This document shows, piece by piece, positions 63,899 to 64,000 of a stretch of 64,000 bases of DNA (positions within the stretch are counted from its first letter, which is position 1; each line of letters starts with the position of its first letter). This DNA is from a virus. The notes under the pieces were generated by a model that worked only from the letters and a program-made list of their open reading frames with translations, searched no databases and was not told the DNA's origin. Made by a program: the position numbers and the translations under genes. The stretch is from positions 6,354 to 70,353 of the IMG/VR virus record IMGVR_UViG_3300045988_075599, one strand, 5' to 3'.

Positions 63899-64000
63899 TT
63901 AATAATCGGTAACGTCTGGCTTCTGCATATTGATTTCAGGAGACCAGTCTACATCAAAAACTAGACTTGGTTCTTGGTCTTCGTATTCAGTTGTTAATAC
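63899..64000 (-). CDS. 3' end of a gene that starts beyond the window
   Basis: My translation gives ...VLTTEYEDQEPSLVFDVDWSPEINMQKPDVTDY, ending at a stop at 63899-63901. Confidence 0.4.
   Translation of the reverse strand, partial: VLTTEYEDQEPSLVFDVDWSPEINMQKPDVTDY

Noticed and set aside
1-64000. Alternative genetic code or stop-codon reassignment, as seen in some gut phages
   Set aside because: Late genes, including a 4017-codon ORF, are intact under the standard code. The only tRNA has a sense anticodon (UUG), not a suppressor anticodon.

Overview
The window is a contiguous piece of a tailed dsDNA bacteriophage genome. It holds virion, lysis, replication/nucleotide-metabolism and early modules, with no cellular housekeeping genes. 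All calls come from reading the sequence and ORF track by eye; no searches were run.

There are five alternating transcription blocks:
1. 1-14135, minus strand: TSCPD protein, large terminase, portal, scaffold, an intron-split major capsid gene, three paralogous adaptor-like genes, a tail fibre, then a radical-SAM cassette that runs off the left edge.
2. 14344-24658, plus strand: two small GC-rich promoter/ORF/terminator cassettes, about 1 kb with no ORF (an iteron plus AT-rich origin-like element and a hairpin-rich RNA candidate), then an operon ending in amidoligase / class-II glutamine amidotransferase / giant amidoligase / SNF2 ATPase.
3. 24706-40203, minus strand: DnaE-type polymerase, Rad52-like annealase, primase-helicase, Cas4-like nuclease, Hjc-like resolvase, divergent ThyX-like protein, intein-containing class II RNR, metallophosphoesterase.
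4. 40297-42899, plus strand: tandem consensus sigma70/sigmaA promoters, a ~0.5 kb ORF-free structured leader, and small early proteins.
5. 42938-64000, minus strand: lysis cassette, tail and ejection-type proteins, a lytic transglycosylase and a 4017-aa giant protein.

The standard genetic code fits, since very long ORFs are intact. Expression signals are TTGACA-17-TAnnnT promoters with TGn, strong AGGAGG-type Shine-Dalgarno (SD) sites and GC-hairpin/T-run terminators. The host cannot be named from the sequence. Radical SAM, B12-type RNR and TSCPD genes hint at an anaerobe.

The most interesting items:
- the amidoligase/GATase/SNF2 cassette
- the giant HExxH protein with an internal A12 run
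- the radical SAM/SPASM cassette behind the tail fibre
- two selfish LAGLIDADG elements (an intron in the capsid gene and an intein in the RNR)
- two large ORF-free structured regions
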